Source: a virus (Duplodnaviria; Caudoviricetes). From it: a DNA stretch of 58,587 bases. Positions within the stretch are counted from its first letter, which is position 1, and every line of letters begins with the position of its first letter. The stretch covers positions 1-58,587 of the IMG/VR virus record IMGVR_UViG_3300024259_000036; one strand, 5' to 3'. Of the stretch, positions 19,296 to 28,319 are shown one piece after another. Under the pieces are notes generated by a model, which was not told the origin of the DNA, made no database searches, and saw only the letters and a program-made list of their open reading frames with translations. The position numbers and the translations under genes are program-made.

Positions 19296-19550
19296 ATGAT
19301 TAAAAAGTTAATAAGTGGTGTTGTTTTAGCAACAAGCTTTTTATTTACTCCATCTATATCAATGTCTGAGGTAAGAACATTAGAAGGTCAATATTTACAA
19401 ATGGTTGAAAGAGATTATAAGGTTCTTGTTCAAAGGATTTGTATTAATGGTTATGAATATGTTGTAGTAAAAACAACTGAAAGTGTGAGTGTTACACAAT
19501 CTTTTGAAGTTGTGGCTGGAAGATATGCATTACCTAAAAAATGTGAATAA
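19296..19550 (+). CDS. Hypothetical secreted protein
   Basis: N-terminal signal-peptide-like segment. Confidence 0.55.
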   Translation: MIKKLISGVVLATSFLFTPSISMSEVRTLEGQYLQMVERDYKVLVQRICINGYEYVVVKTTESVSVTQSFEVVAGRYALPKKCE

Positions 19551-19562
19551 AAGGAGTATATT

Positions 19563-19910
19563 ATGGGGTATAATTTAGCTGTAATAATTAATTTTGGTGT
19601 TGCTTTCGATGAAGATCAAGAGTTTCCATGGAATGATGATTTTGAAGGATGGTGGTTTGATATTTGCGGATCTGAAAAACTTCCATGTCCTGTTGAAATT
19701 GATTATTATGGTATAGATGAAAGGTTATGTGTTTCATTATATGTCCCAGGAACAAAATCAAGTGGATATGATTATCCAATTGATGTAGAACAAAGTTTGA
19801 AGAAAAAGGTAAGTGAAGAAGATGTTACAAAGTTTGAAGTATTTTTAGAGAAATATGGATTGGATACAGAAGGTGATCCAGCATGGTTAGCTTATTCTGT
19901 ATATTTTTAA
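19563..19910 (+). CDS. Hypothetical protein
   Basis: ORF with AGGAG RBS. Confidence 0.6.
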   Translation: MGYNLAVIINFGVAFDEDQEFPWNDDFEGWWFDICGSEKLPCPVEIDYYGIDERLCVSLYVPGTKSSGYDYPIDVEQSLKKKVSEEDVTKFEVFLEKYGLDTEGDPAWLAYSVYF

Positions 19911-19916
19911 AAATAA

Positions 19917-19957
19917 GTTTACATTTTTTGGAAAATTTGATACAATAAGTATAAATA
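19917..19957 (+). promoter_or_regulatory. Early and late promoters for the tRNA array
   Basis: GTTTAC..TACAAT and TATAAATA (19950-19957). Confidence 0.65.
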
Positions 19958-19974
19958 GATTCAGGAGATAATAA

Positions 19975-20064
19975 ATGAATTTTCGACTTTTACAAAATTA
20001 TAAAAATACGGCGAGACCAGCATGGTCAGATTCCCATAGTATTGCTGGAGAAACACCTATGTAA
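19975..20064 (+). CDS. Leader peptide MNFRLLQNYKNTARPAWSDSHSIAGETPM
   Basis: AGGAG RBS; 29 codons, 26 distinct; stop codon abuts the antiterminator strand. Confidence 0.75.
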   Translation: MNFRLLQNYKNTARPAWSDSHSIAGETPM

Positions 20065-20066
20065 TC

Positions 20067-20129
20067 GGCAGAAATCCATAAAAGAAGTTAAACAAGGGTT
20101 TCTGCCAAAAAAGTAGAAACCCTTTTTTT
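20067..20129 (+). terminator. Attenuator: terminator with competing antiterminator
   Basis: Terminator AAGGGTTTCTGC/GTAGAAACCCTT + T-run; GGCAGAAATCC (20067-20077) pairs with GGGTTTCTGCC (20096-20106). Confidence 0.8.
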
Positions 20130-20138
20130 ATGAAATGT

Positions 20139-20210
20139 GCTCCTGAGCTGAGGCAGCTAAACAGGCTCCAACCCTGTTACAAGTGGGATCGTTACCTACC
20201 AGGAGTGCCA
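20139..20210 (+). tRNA. tRNA-Trp(CCA), non-canonical
   Basis: GCTCCTG/CAGGAGT, AACAGG-CT-CCA-AC-CCTGTT, CCA. Confidence 0.75.
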
Positions 20211-20218
20211 ACATATAA

Positions 20219-20296
20219 GTGCCTGTAACTCAGTGGAATTAGAGATTTCGGCTACGAACCGAAAAGTCGGGGGTCCGAATCCCTCCAGGCACTCCA
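20219..20296 (+). tRNA. tRNA-Arg(ACG)
   Basis: Cloverleaf, TTCGG-CT-ACG-AA-CCGAA, CCA. Confidence 0.9.
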
Positions 20297-20341
20297 AAAT
20301 TTAAAAGATTTACAAAAATAATTGAATGTGATATAGTAGTT

Positions 20342-20449
20342 TTAGTTTAACTCAAAACCCCGTGACCAATTAGTTTACTTGGGGAAGCACACAAGCAGGG
20401 TGTATAGGAAGGGGTATTCGTCTGTTAAAATCAGAAGGGGTTAAACTAA
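20342..20449 (+). ncRNA. Candidate small RNA inside the tRNA array
   Basis: TTAGTTTAACTC/GGGTTAAACTAA closing stem, own promoter-like sequence upstream. Confidence 0.4.
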
Positions 20450-20452
20450 TAT

Positions 20453-20526
20453 GGGGCCTTAGTCTAACGGGAGAACACTGTCCTTGCACGGCAGATATGA
20501 GGGTTCGATTCCCTCAGGCTCCACCA
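20453..20526 (+). tRNA. tRNA-Ala(TGC)
   Basis: Cloverleaf, G3:U70, CCA. Confidence 0.92.
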
Positions 20527-20531
20527 AATTT

Positions 20532-20620
20532 GGGTGAGTTGAACAGGTGGTGTGTTCAGCGGGCTGTAACCCCGTAGGCTGTAATGGTCATTGTAGGTTC
20601 GATTCCTTCCTCACCCACCA
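20532..20620 (+). tRNA. tRNA-Tyr(GTA)
   Basis: Cloverleaf with long variable arm, CCA. Confidence 0.88.
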
Positions 20621-20983
20621 AAACAAAAAAAAGAGGATTTACAAATGAAAGATAAATGTGTAGTATGTGGTAAAGAAACTGAATATGACAAAGATGAACA
20701 CATTGACTTCAGATTGTTTTATGTTGAAGGTGCAGGACAATTGTGTAAAGAATGTTTTAGTGAAATATGGAATAGACGATAAAGGGGTTTACAATGGCAT
20801 CAAAATCTGATGTGTTGAAAAAAGCAATTGAAGATTTTATATCAAGTGAAAGTAACGATCATGTTTCAGAATTTATGTTACTTTTTATTAGTTTTAATTC
20901 TGTAATGAAACAAGGTTCAGGTCTTTTGTGGACTCAGGTAGAGGATGTATTGAAAGAAGTATTTGAAGAAGAGTAAGATATAT

Positions 20984-21058
20984 GCTCCTATAGCTCAATC
21001 GGTAGAGCCGCGGATTTGTAACCCGCAGACGAGGGATCATAACCTTCTGGGAGCTCCA
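20984..21058 (+). tRNA. tRNA-Thr(TGT)
   Basis: Cloverleaf, TT-TGT-AA loop, CCA. Confidence 0.85.
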
Positions 21059-21069
21059 TTAAAAATTAT

Positions 21070-21144
21070 CGGGTATTAGGATAATGGCTATCCACTTGTT
21101 TTGGGAACAAGATCACCCAAGTTCGATTCTTGGATACCCGACCA
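21070..21144 (+). tRNA. tRNA-Pro(TGG)
   Basis: Cloverleaf, CCA. Confidence 0.9.
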
Positions 21145-21155
21145 TTAAAAAATAT

Positions 21156-21230
21156 AGTCCTGTAACTCAGTGGGAGAGTGTCACTTTTACACGGTGAAGG
21201 TCGCTGATTCAATCTCAGCCAGGACTACCA
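21156..21230 (+). tRNA. tRNA-Val(TAC)
   Basis: Cloverleaf, CCA. Confidence 0.88.
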
Positions 21231-21237
21231 AAATTAC

Positions 21238-21311
21238 GGTGGGATCTTCTAATGGTAAGAAAATCGCCCGATAAGCGATGAACGGAGGTTCGACTCCTCC
21301 TCTCACCACCA
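21238..21311 (+). tRNA. tRNA-Ile(GAT)
   Basis: Cloverleaf, CC-GAT-AA loop, CCA. Confidence 0.88.
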
Positions 21312-21316
21312 GAAAT

Positions 21317-21375
21317 CATACAAGTTTTTGTATAGATCCATACAAGAGCTTGTATATATTCATACAAGAAATTGT
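21317..21375. repeat. Three 22-bp-period palindromic repeats
   Basis: CATACAAG at 21317, 21339, 21361, each followed by TTGT. Confidence 0.7.
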
Positions 21376-21461
21376 TCTGGGATAGCATAACTGGTAATGC
21401 GGCGGGCTGTTAACCCGTGGATGAAAATCCTATGAAGGTTCAAATCCTTTTCCCAGAGCCA
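21376..21461 (+). tRNA. tRNA-Asn(GTT) with long variable arm
   Basis: GCGGG-CT-GTT-AA-CCCGT, variable arm GGAT-GAAA-ATCC, GCCA. Confidence 0.85.
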
Positions 21462-21471
21462 AAATTAACAT

Positions 21472-21545
21472 GGATTCGTAGTTCAATAGAGAATACCGGT
21501 CTTTTAAACCGGGAGATGAGGGTTTAAGTCCCTCCGAGTCCACCA
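21472..21545 (+). tRNA. tRNA-Lys(TTT)
   Basis: Cloverleaf, CCA. Confidence 0.88.
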
Positions 21546-21553
21546 AAAAATTC

Positions 21554-21627
21554 GGGATTATAGTTCAAGGAAGAACGGCAGTCTCTTAAACTGTAAAATG
21601 TGGGTTCAAATCCCACTAATCCCACCA
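21554..21627 (+). tRNA. tRNA-Lys(CTT)
   Basis: Cloverleaf, CCA. Confidence 0.9.
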
Positions 21628-21722
21628 AAAATAAAATAATTTGGAGTTATAGTGTCAAACTTGTATATTTTTTCCAAAAAAGTTTACTTTTTATATAAAT
21701 ATAATATAAAGGAGGTAAACAA

Positions 21723-22184
21723 ATGTCAAAGAGAAAATATACAAAAGAATTTTTGGAACCATTAGTAAAAGAAGCAAACTCTGTAAGAGATTTATTAAGA
21801 AAGATAAATGTTACTGATTCTGGAGGTTCTCACAAATTAATTTCTAAAAGGATAAAAGAATTTGAAATAAATACAAACCATTTTAAAGGTGGTCCAAGAG
21901 TACCACATAATAAATTAAGTTCAGATGATATATTAGTAGAAGATAGAACACCATATCATAAACAATTAAAAAGAGCATTAATAGAAATAGGAAGGTTATA
22001 TGAATGTGGTGAATGTAGTCAAGAATCTATATGGAATAATAAAGAATTAACATTACAAATAGATCATATTGATGGTAATAATAGAAATCAACTTAAAGAA
22101 AATTTAAGATTTTTATGTCCTAATTGTCATACCCAAACTAAAAATTGGGGTTTTAAAAATAAAATTCCACATAATAAAAAATAG
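21723..22184 (+). mobile_element. HNH homing endonuclease
   Basis: CGEC..LQIDHIDGNNRN..ENLRFLCPNCHTQT. Confidence 0.9.
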
Positions 22185-22189
22185 AATAT

Positions 22190-22268
22190 GGGGGTGTAGC
22201 ATAGTCCGGCTTAATGCAATACGTTGTCAGCGTAAAGATCGTGGGTTCAAATCCCATCACTCCCGCCA
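22190..22268 (+). tRNA. tRNA-Asp(GTC)
   Basis: Cloverleaf, GCCA. Confidence 0.85.
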
Positions 22269-22274
22269 AAATAT

Positions 22275-22349
22275 GATCCTGTCGTCTAAAAGTAAGGACA
22301 TGAGGCTTTCAACTTCAAAACCGGGGAGCGTTACCCCGTAGGATCACCA
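22275..22349 (+). tRNA. tRNA-Glu(TTC)
   Basis: Cloverleaf, variant T-loop AGCGTTA, CCA. Confidence 0.85.
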
Positions 22350-22356
22350 AAATTAT

Positions 22357-22433
22357 GTTGGATGGAGCCATACGGTTGAGGCAGCACCCTGTGAAGGTGT
22401 TTTTAGTGGGTTCGACTCCCACCATTCAACCCA
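22357..22433 (+). tRNA. tRNA-His(GTG)
   Basis: Cloverleaf with G-1:C73, CCA. Confidence 0.88.
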
Positions 22434-22717
22434 TTTTAAAAAGGAGATAATTATGTATTGTAATACTTGTGGTAGTAAAAAACTTGTAAGTATAGTATCA
22501 AAAACCTCTGATAGAAATAATATGTGGGTAGGTCATTTGAATTATGAGCATGATGGTTATGTATTACCAGACCTAGGTGTCGGTGAGGATGATTATATTG
22601 ACTTTACATATTGTCTATATTGTGGTAAGATACAAGGAAAGTTTCCTATTGAGGATAATGTTGTAAAGAATACATTAAGATTGAATGGATCAAATAGAGA
22701 TGGTAATTAATATATGT

Positions 22718-22803
22718 GGAGGGTACTGCTAAATGGCTGGCAACAAGGCTTGAACCCTTGGGCATCGTAACAGATGGGAGTTCGATTCTTCTACCCTCTT
22801 CCA
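22718..22803 (+). tRNA. tRNA-Ser(TGA)
   Basis: Long variable arm, CT-TGA-AC loop, CCA. Confidence 0.82.
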
Positions 22804-23151
22804 TAAAATAATTTATTTACATTTCAAATTAACTATAGTATAATAAGGGAAAAAGAAAGGATAAATCCAATGCATAAAATTGTTGATAAAATCGGTGGAA
22901 TAAATGTGTATGAGTATTGGTATCTCTACACTGACTATGAAACAAAGAAAGAGAAAACAGGATCAGGTACTTATATTAGATTCAGTGAGGTTCCAGAGGA
23001 ATGGAAGGAAGAGTTCGGTAAATGGCTGTATGGACAAACAATGCCTATCATTCCTGGTGATGAAACAAAAACAGATGGTGTGTATCCTTGGGATTGGGAA
23101 CGATGGTATGAATTAAAAACAAAAGGAACACCAACATATTTTGATTAAGAT

Positions 23152-23177
23152 GCGGGTATAGTTCAACTGGTAGAATA
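23152..23177 (+). pseudogene. Orphan 5' fragment of a tRNA-Gly-like gene
   Basis: GCGGGTA-TA-GTTC-AACTGGTA-GAAT with no anticodon or T arm following. Confidence 0.65.
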
Positions 23178-23250
23178 TTAGGATAAAAAATGATAAAAAT
23201 GAGAAATTTCTTGACTTCGGTATAAATATATATATTAGGAGGATAGAAAT

Positions 23251-23934
23251 ATGATAAAAAGAGAATGTAAATATTGTAATAAAGAATTGGAATTTGATAA
23301 TGGATATCAATTTGGCGCTCATATAAGAAATTGTAAGTATAGACCTGATATTAAAGAAATAAATGATAGAGCGAGAAAAAATCAAACAAAAAGGAAATTA
23401 CATGATATTCAATGTCAAAAATGTGATAAAATATACCAATTAAACCTTACAGACTATGAAATTAAAATTGGTAAGCATAGGAAATATTGTTCTCCTGAAT
23501 GTAGAAAAAAAGAAAAAGTAGAAAAAATATGTTTAAATTGTAAAAAAATATTAATAAAAGGTCAGAAAAAATATTGTAATCATACCTGTCAACATGAATA
23601 TAAATATAATGAATATATAAAAAGATGGAAAGAAGGTTTAGAAGAAGGTCTACATGGTGAAAATGGTGAAAATGTAAATAAGAAAATACGAAAATATTTG
23701 TTCAAAAAATATAATAATAAGTGTGAAAGATGTAAATGGTCAATAAAAAATGAATTTACTAATAAAATACCGTTGACTGTTCATCATAAAGATGGAAATT
23801 ATAAAAATAATAAAGAAGTAAATTTAGAGCTTTTGTGTCCTAATTGTCATTCACTTACAGATAATTATGGTAGTAGAAATAAATCATCAAGTAAAACAAA
23901 AAGAAGTGAATGGAGAAAAAAAGTGCAGGTGTAG
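23251..23934 (+). mobile_element. HNH homing endonuclease with zinc fingers
   Basis: PLTVHHKDGN..NLELLCPNCHSLT; stop codon lies inside tRNA-Gly. Confidence 0.9.
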
Positions 23935-23999
23935 TTTAATTGGTAAAATCTTTGGCTTCCACCCAGAATACGGGGGTTCAATTCCCCCCACCTGCTCCA
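23925..23999 (+). tRNA. tRNA-Gly(TCC)
   Basis: Cloverleaf, U73, CCA. Confidence 0.9.
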
Positions 24000-24009
24000 C
24001 AAAAATTAA

Positions 24010-24097
24010 GGAGAGTTGCCCCAATCAGGTAAGGGAGTTGGTTGCTAACCAATCAGGTGTAATAGCCTTATGGGTTCAAATCCCATACTCTCCTCCA
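24010..24097 (+). tRNA. tRNA-Ser(GCT)
   Basis: Long variable arm, CCA. Confidence 0.88.
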
Positions 24098-24323
24098 TTA
24101 AAGGAGTTAATATGTTATCAATAGTGAAAGAAAACTTTCGTGATGAGGATGGTAAATGGGAAAATGATGGTTTGTTATGCCATATTTGTGGATTTATATC
24201 AGAAGCATATATGGTATATCAAGTAAATGCTTACAATAAAGTCTATGTCTGTAAAGGTTGTTTGTCCAAAGGTATTGAAAGTATTAATAATCACTATCAA
24301 GCACATATGAAAGGCAAGGATTA

Positions 24324-24572
24324 ATGAATGTAATAAATTATAAAGTAAATGATAATGGAGAACGTGTGAAGGAGGTAAAGGTGTCCGTGAATAATGGTAT
24401 AAATTTAGGAGGTTTATTAGCAATTGTATTCATTATATTGAAACTGACACATGTTATTGCGTGGTCTTGGTGGTGGGTGTTAGCGCCATTATGGGTGGGA
24501 CCAGCATTGGGTATAGGTTTTGTTTTAATACTTATTATTGTAGGTGCTTCATTATCTTTTGTTGACAAGTAA
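24324..24572 (+). CDS. Small membrane protein
   Basis: FIILKLTHVIAWSWWWVLAPLW, two hydrophobic segments. Confidence 0.7.
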   Translation: MNVINYKVNDNGERVKEVKVSVNNGINLGGLLAIVFIILKLTHVIAWSWWWVLAPLWVGPALGIGFVLILIIVGASLSFVDK

Positions 24573-24573
24573 T

Positions 24574-24651
24574 GTTCCTCTGAAGGGAATTGGCATACCT
24601 TATTGATTCAAAATCAATAGTTTCTCGGTTCAACTCCGAGGGGGAACACCA
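24574..24651 (+). tRNA. tRNA-Leu(CAA) with short variable region
   Basis: ATTGA-TT-CAA-AA-TCAAT, A73, CCA. Confidence 0.8.
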
Positions 24652-24653
24652 TT

Positions 24654-24740
24654 GGGAGTGTGGCGTAACTGGCAGCCGCGTGAGACTTAAAATTTCATGG
24701 TCGTATGACCGTGGGGGTTCGATTCCCCCCATTCCCACCA
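24654..24740 (+). tRNA. tRNA-Leu(TAA)
   Basis: Cloverleaf with long variable arm, CCA. Confidence 0.92.
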
Positions 24741-24748
24741 AAAAATTC

Positions 24749-24834
24749 GCCACCGTGATGTAATTGGTAGCCGTGCTGGGTTTAGATTCCAGTGTCCTAT
24801 GGGCGTGGGGGTTCGACTCCCCCCGGTGGTACCA
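24749..24834 (+). tRNA. tRNA-Leu(TAG)
   Basis: Cloverleaf with long variable arm, CCA. Confidence 0.9.
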
Positions 24835-25261
24835 TTAATAAGAAAGGGAATAAAAATGGGTACTGTAAGAGATTTTGTGTGTGAGTATGATTTACCTTAT
24901 GATCCTATAGTTGAAATGTGTGGGTATTTTTATTTAGATACAGGTGATTTGATGAATGAACCTTTCACATTCATAAAATTTTATAATAGGGCTGTTAGAA
25001 ACGTAGATGAACACGCATATAAAGGTGTTGTATTAGAATATGAAAAAGATAGAAAAAACTAAAGAAAGGATTCCTAACGGTCCTTATTGTTATGGTGTGA
25101 ATGGGTATCTTTGTCCATTCTGGAAAATTAATGAAAATAAACCTCATCAATTGAATGGGTATTGTGAGTATCTTAAATTAGGAGATTGGATGCAAGGATA
25201 CTCTTCAGTTCTATGGGATCAGGTGAAAGAATGTGATATAAACGAAGATTGGTAAGACTAT

Positions 25262-25335
25262 GGGGGTGTGGTCTAATGGCAAGACAACAGGTTTTGGTCC
25301 TGTTGATCCCTGTTCAACCCAGGGCATCCCTTCCA
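25262..25335 (+). tRNA. tRNA-Gln(TTG)
   Basis: Cloverleaf, CCA. Confidence 0.87.
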
Positions 25336-25345
25336 TTTAAGAAAG

Positions 25346-26293
25346 GTGAATAATATGTTTCGTAGATATTTCTCAATTGAAGGTACCTGGCGTAACAAAG
25401 AGATTCAATGGTGGATTGAAAAATATCCAGAACTTGAATCCCTTACATATGTCCTACAGGAAAAGATACATGGTGCTAATATATCATGGGTATTTGCATC
25501 TGATGGTTCATTTGAAATAGGTAAGAGAACCACTGTATTGACAAATGAAGATAATTTCTATAACTTCAAAATTATGTATGAAAAGTATGCTGATGTTATA
25601 ATCTTGTTGAAAGAGTTTGCTATTGAGAATAAATGTAATCTAAATGTCTTTGGTGAATGGTTTGGTAAGGGTATTCAAAAGGGTGTTGATTATGGACCGG
25701 AGAAACAGTTACTTTTTTATGATGTGTTGGTAGATAATGTTTTGTTGTCTCCTTTTGAAATGGAGGATTTCTTCTCATTACTGGATATTGAAGATATGAT
25801 GGTTACTAATTTTGGTACAGTTGATACATTACAGGAAGCCATTGATTTTGATACATCTACAAAGATTACTAAAGTTTATCCAGAGGGTAAGTCCATTGTT
25901 GAAGGTGTGGTTATCAAACCTTATTATAACACTAAGAGAAGTGAGAATGGTAAGACCTTTTACTTGAAGAACAAAAATGAGGTGTTCAAAGAGATCCAAA
26001 AGAAAAGAAAAAAGAATAAACCTAGGGTTGAGTATCCTGAGCATGTTGCGAGGTTAAGGACAGCCTTTGATGAGTATGTAACTGAAGCTAGGTTGAACAA
26101 TGTATTTTCTAAACACGGGGAGATTGAATCTAGTGATGATATTGGGAAATACATCAAACTGTTTCTGGAAGATGCTCAGGAGGAGTTTACAAAGGATTGG
26201 AAGATTGATATAATGGATTGTGATAAAAAAGAGTTAAAGTATGTATATAATGTAAGTAAAGAGATTGTGAAGATGTTGAAGGAGAGAATGTGA
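25346..26293 (+). CDS. rnl2: RNA ligase 2 (Rnl2 family)
   Basis: QEKIHGAN, FGEWFG, FYDV, EGVVIKP, LKNKN..FKE, RLNNVFSK. Confidence 0.92.
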   Translation: MNNMFRRYFSIEGTWRNKEIQWWIEKYPELESLTYVLQEKIHGANISWVFASDGSFEIGKRTTVLTNEDNFYNFKIMYEKYADVIILLKEFAIENKCNLNVFGEWFGKGIQKGVDYGPEKQLLFYDVLVDNVLLSPFEMEDFFSLLDIEDMMVTNFGTVDTLQEAIDFDTSTKITKVYPEGKSIVEGVVIKPYYNTKRSENGKTFYLKNKNEVFKEIQKKRKKNKPRVEYPEHVARLRTAFDEYVTEARLNNVFSKHGEIESSDDIGKYIKLFLEDAQEEFTKDWKIDIMDCDKKELKYVYNVSKEIVKMLKERM

Positions 26294-27204
26294 TGTCTGA
26301 TATCAGAACAAAACAGGATCTATTAAATTATTTAACAAAGATGATAACAGAATATAATCCTAAATGTAATGACTCTATTAGACGAAATCATCATATGTTA
26401 AATCGTAGTAAGTTTGCAGCAAGTGTACCTGATACTGACATTGAGGATATTTTAACCGATTTTGTGAATTATGTTGGTACAAACCAAGGGCTTGATTGGG
26501 GTTTGTATGTTCATTATCTGGAAGGAGATGAGTAATGAAAAAAGACGGTGGAACAATAGATAACTGGCAAACACATACTTTAACACTTAAACAAGAGAGT
26601 ATTGATAAGGTATATCCTGATTCAAATGCCACAGCACAAGTGTTTACAGGTACAGTTATAGAAAGTGATTTACTTAAATACCAAGCAGGTAATCATATGC
26701 GTTCCTCTTTGATTGTGAAGATTGATAGAGAGAATGGTGTAATTGAAACCTTAAACACTGTATATAAGGTATTGAATGAGGGTAATGATGATGTAACTTT
26801 AAGAATGGGAGAAATGTTTGGTATAGATTCACCTGATATTGGTGATAAGGTAATGGGATTGTTCTATTAAACCGAACAGTGAAATTATGAGTATTTCCAG
26901 GAAATTAACCGAGCAGTGAAATGAGAACTGACAGCACATGTGAACATGAAAAAATTAAGAAAGGTATATGTAAATATGCTGTAAGAACAATGGTTTCGGA
27001 TGATTTACGCATAAATAGTGAATTGTATGTAACTTATAATTGTTCAATTGCGAGACCGGCAAGATGTCAAATGAACATATCCGATAGAGTTTTAAATTTT
27101 TCAATTTCTGATGCAGAGGAACTTGATAGGGAGTTAGAAAAAAGATTGGAGAAAAGAAAAAGTTTACAAAAAAGAACAATGATGTTATAATAATTATAGT
27201 TGAT

Positions 27205-27279
27205 GCGGGTTTGGTGTAATTGATAACATAACTGGCTACCCGCCGGTAGATCCAGGTTTAAATCCTGGCGCCCGCTCCA
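27205..27279 (+). tRNA. tRNA-Gly(ACC)
   Basis: GCGGG../CCCGC-T-CCA Gly-type acceptor; ACTGG-CT-ACC-CG-CCGGT. Confidence 0.75.
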
Positions 27280-27823
27280 TTTAAAAGGAGAATTATCATG
27301 TGTGGACCAAAGACAAAAGGTAAGAGAATGGAACGAAAGTGTAAGAGATACAAAAATGAAATGCGTAAAGAGAAAAATAAGGAGAAAAAGAAAATTAAGG
27401 AAGCTAAAAGACAAGAAAGGTTTGACAAATATAGGGCTAAAAGGTTGGCTAAGAAAGAAGGTTGATATTATGACGATGTTTCTTTTTAAGGATGATATTG
27501 ATGATATTCCAGATTGTGATAAATACTATTACGATGAGTTCAAAAAGTTATATGGCTATGATGGTGGTTCATATAACTTGAAAATAATTCTTATGTTGTT
27601 AAAGCAATATTATGAATGTGCTATTATAAGGGAGAAATGTCATGTCAGACGATGATTTCACAGTGGGGAAGATTACATTTGAAAAGAATAGTGCTTATAC
27701 AACTTTCCATTCTATGATGGAAGCAATGGGATGGACATTTGTTGGTACAAAGACTATAGAGGAAGATGATTATTATACTGAAGAAGAAAAGGATATAAAA
27801 AGAGGAATGTAATAACATAAAAA

Positions 27824-27856
27824 TTGCACGGTAACATTCTATATGTTACCGTGCAA
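27824..27856. other. Perfect 14-bp inverted repeat
   Basis: TTGCACGGTAACAT-tctat-ATGTTACCGTGCAA before tRNA-Arg. Confidence 0.6.
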
Positions 27857-27871
27857 AAATAGCGTTAGTAT

Positions 27872-27947
27872 CTCCCTGTAGCTCAGTGGATAGAGCATCT
27901 GCCTTCTAAGCAGAATGTCGCAGGTTTAAATCCTGCCAGGGAGGCCA
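27872..27947 (+). tRNA. tRNA-Arg(TCT)
   Basis: Cloverleaf, GCCA. Confidence 0.92.
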
Positions 27948-27950
27948 TTT

Positions 27951-28030
27951 ACCCCTGTATCCCCTTCGCCTCCTAAGTGATTGAAAGGGTAATTAGACAC
28001 ATGCAGGTGCAAGTCCTGTCAGGGGTTCCA
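27951..28030 (+). ncRNA. Rearranged tRNA-like RNA with CCT anticodon loop
   Basis: Acceptor ACCCCTG/CAGGGGT-T-CCA and T-arm present; no D-arm before the anticodon hairpin. Confidence 0.65.
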
Positions 28031-28055
28031 TATTAAGATAAAGGAAAACAAACTT

Positions 28056-28319
28056 GTGAAAGTTATATTTAAAAAACTTGATGATATACCTAGAGCAGAT
28101 AGAAGAAAAGATCCTGTATTAGTGGAAGCAATGGAACATTTGTTTGATGGTAAAACAATTAGAGTGGTTCGTCCAGATGATGAAAATAGTGAATGGTTTC
28201 TTTATGAGTATATTGGTGAAAGATATGATGATAGTTATTTTATTCATCAAACATGGTTTAAAGAATATAGAATTGATGAACACAAGGATGTAATGAATTT
28301 ATTTTCAATGGAGATATAA
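28056..28319 (+). CDS. Hypothetical protein, VIFKKL paralog family
   Basis: VIFKKL..MEHLFDGKTIRVV..WF. Confidence 0.7.
   Translation: MKVIFKKLDDIPRADRRKDPVLVEAMEHLFDGKTIRVVRPDDENSEWFLYEYIGERYDDSYFIHQTWFKEYRIDEHKDVMNLFSMEI

Noticed and set aside
21317-21375. Mini-CRISPR
   Set aside because: The 22-bp period leaves no room for spacers.
23152-23999. Group I intron in tRNA-Gly
   Set aside because: No P7 or other core elements or room for them around the HNH; the downstream tRNA is already complete.
26870-26922. 16-bp direct repeat AACCGARCAGTGAAAT
   Set aside because: Only two copies with no context; probably a small duplication scar.
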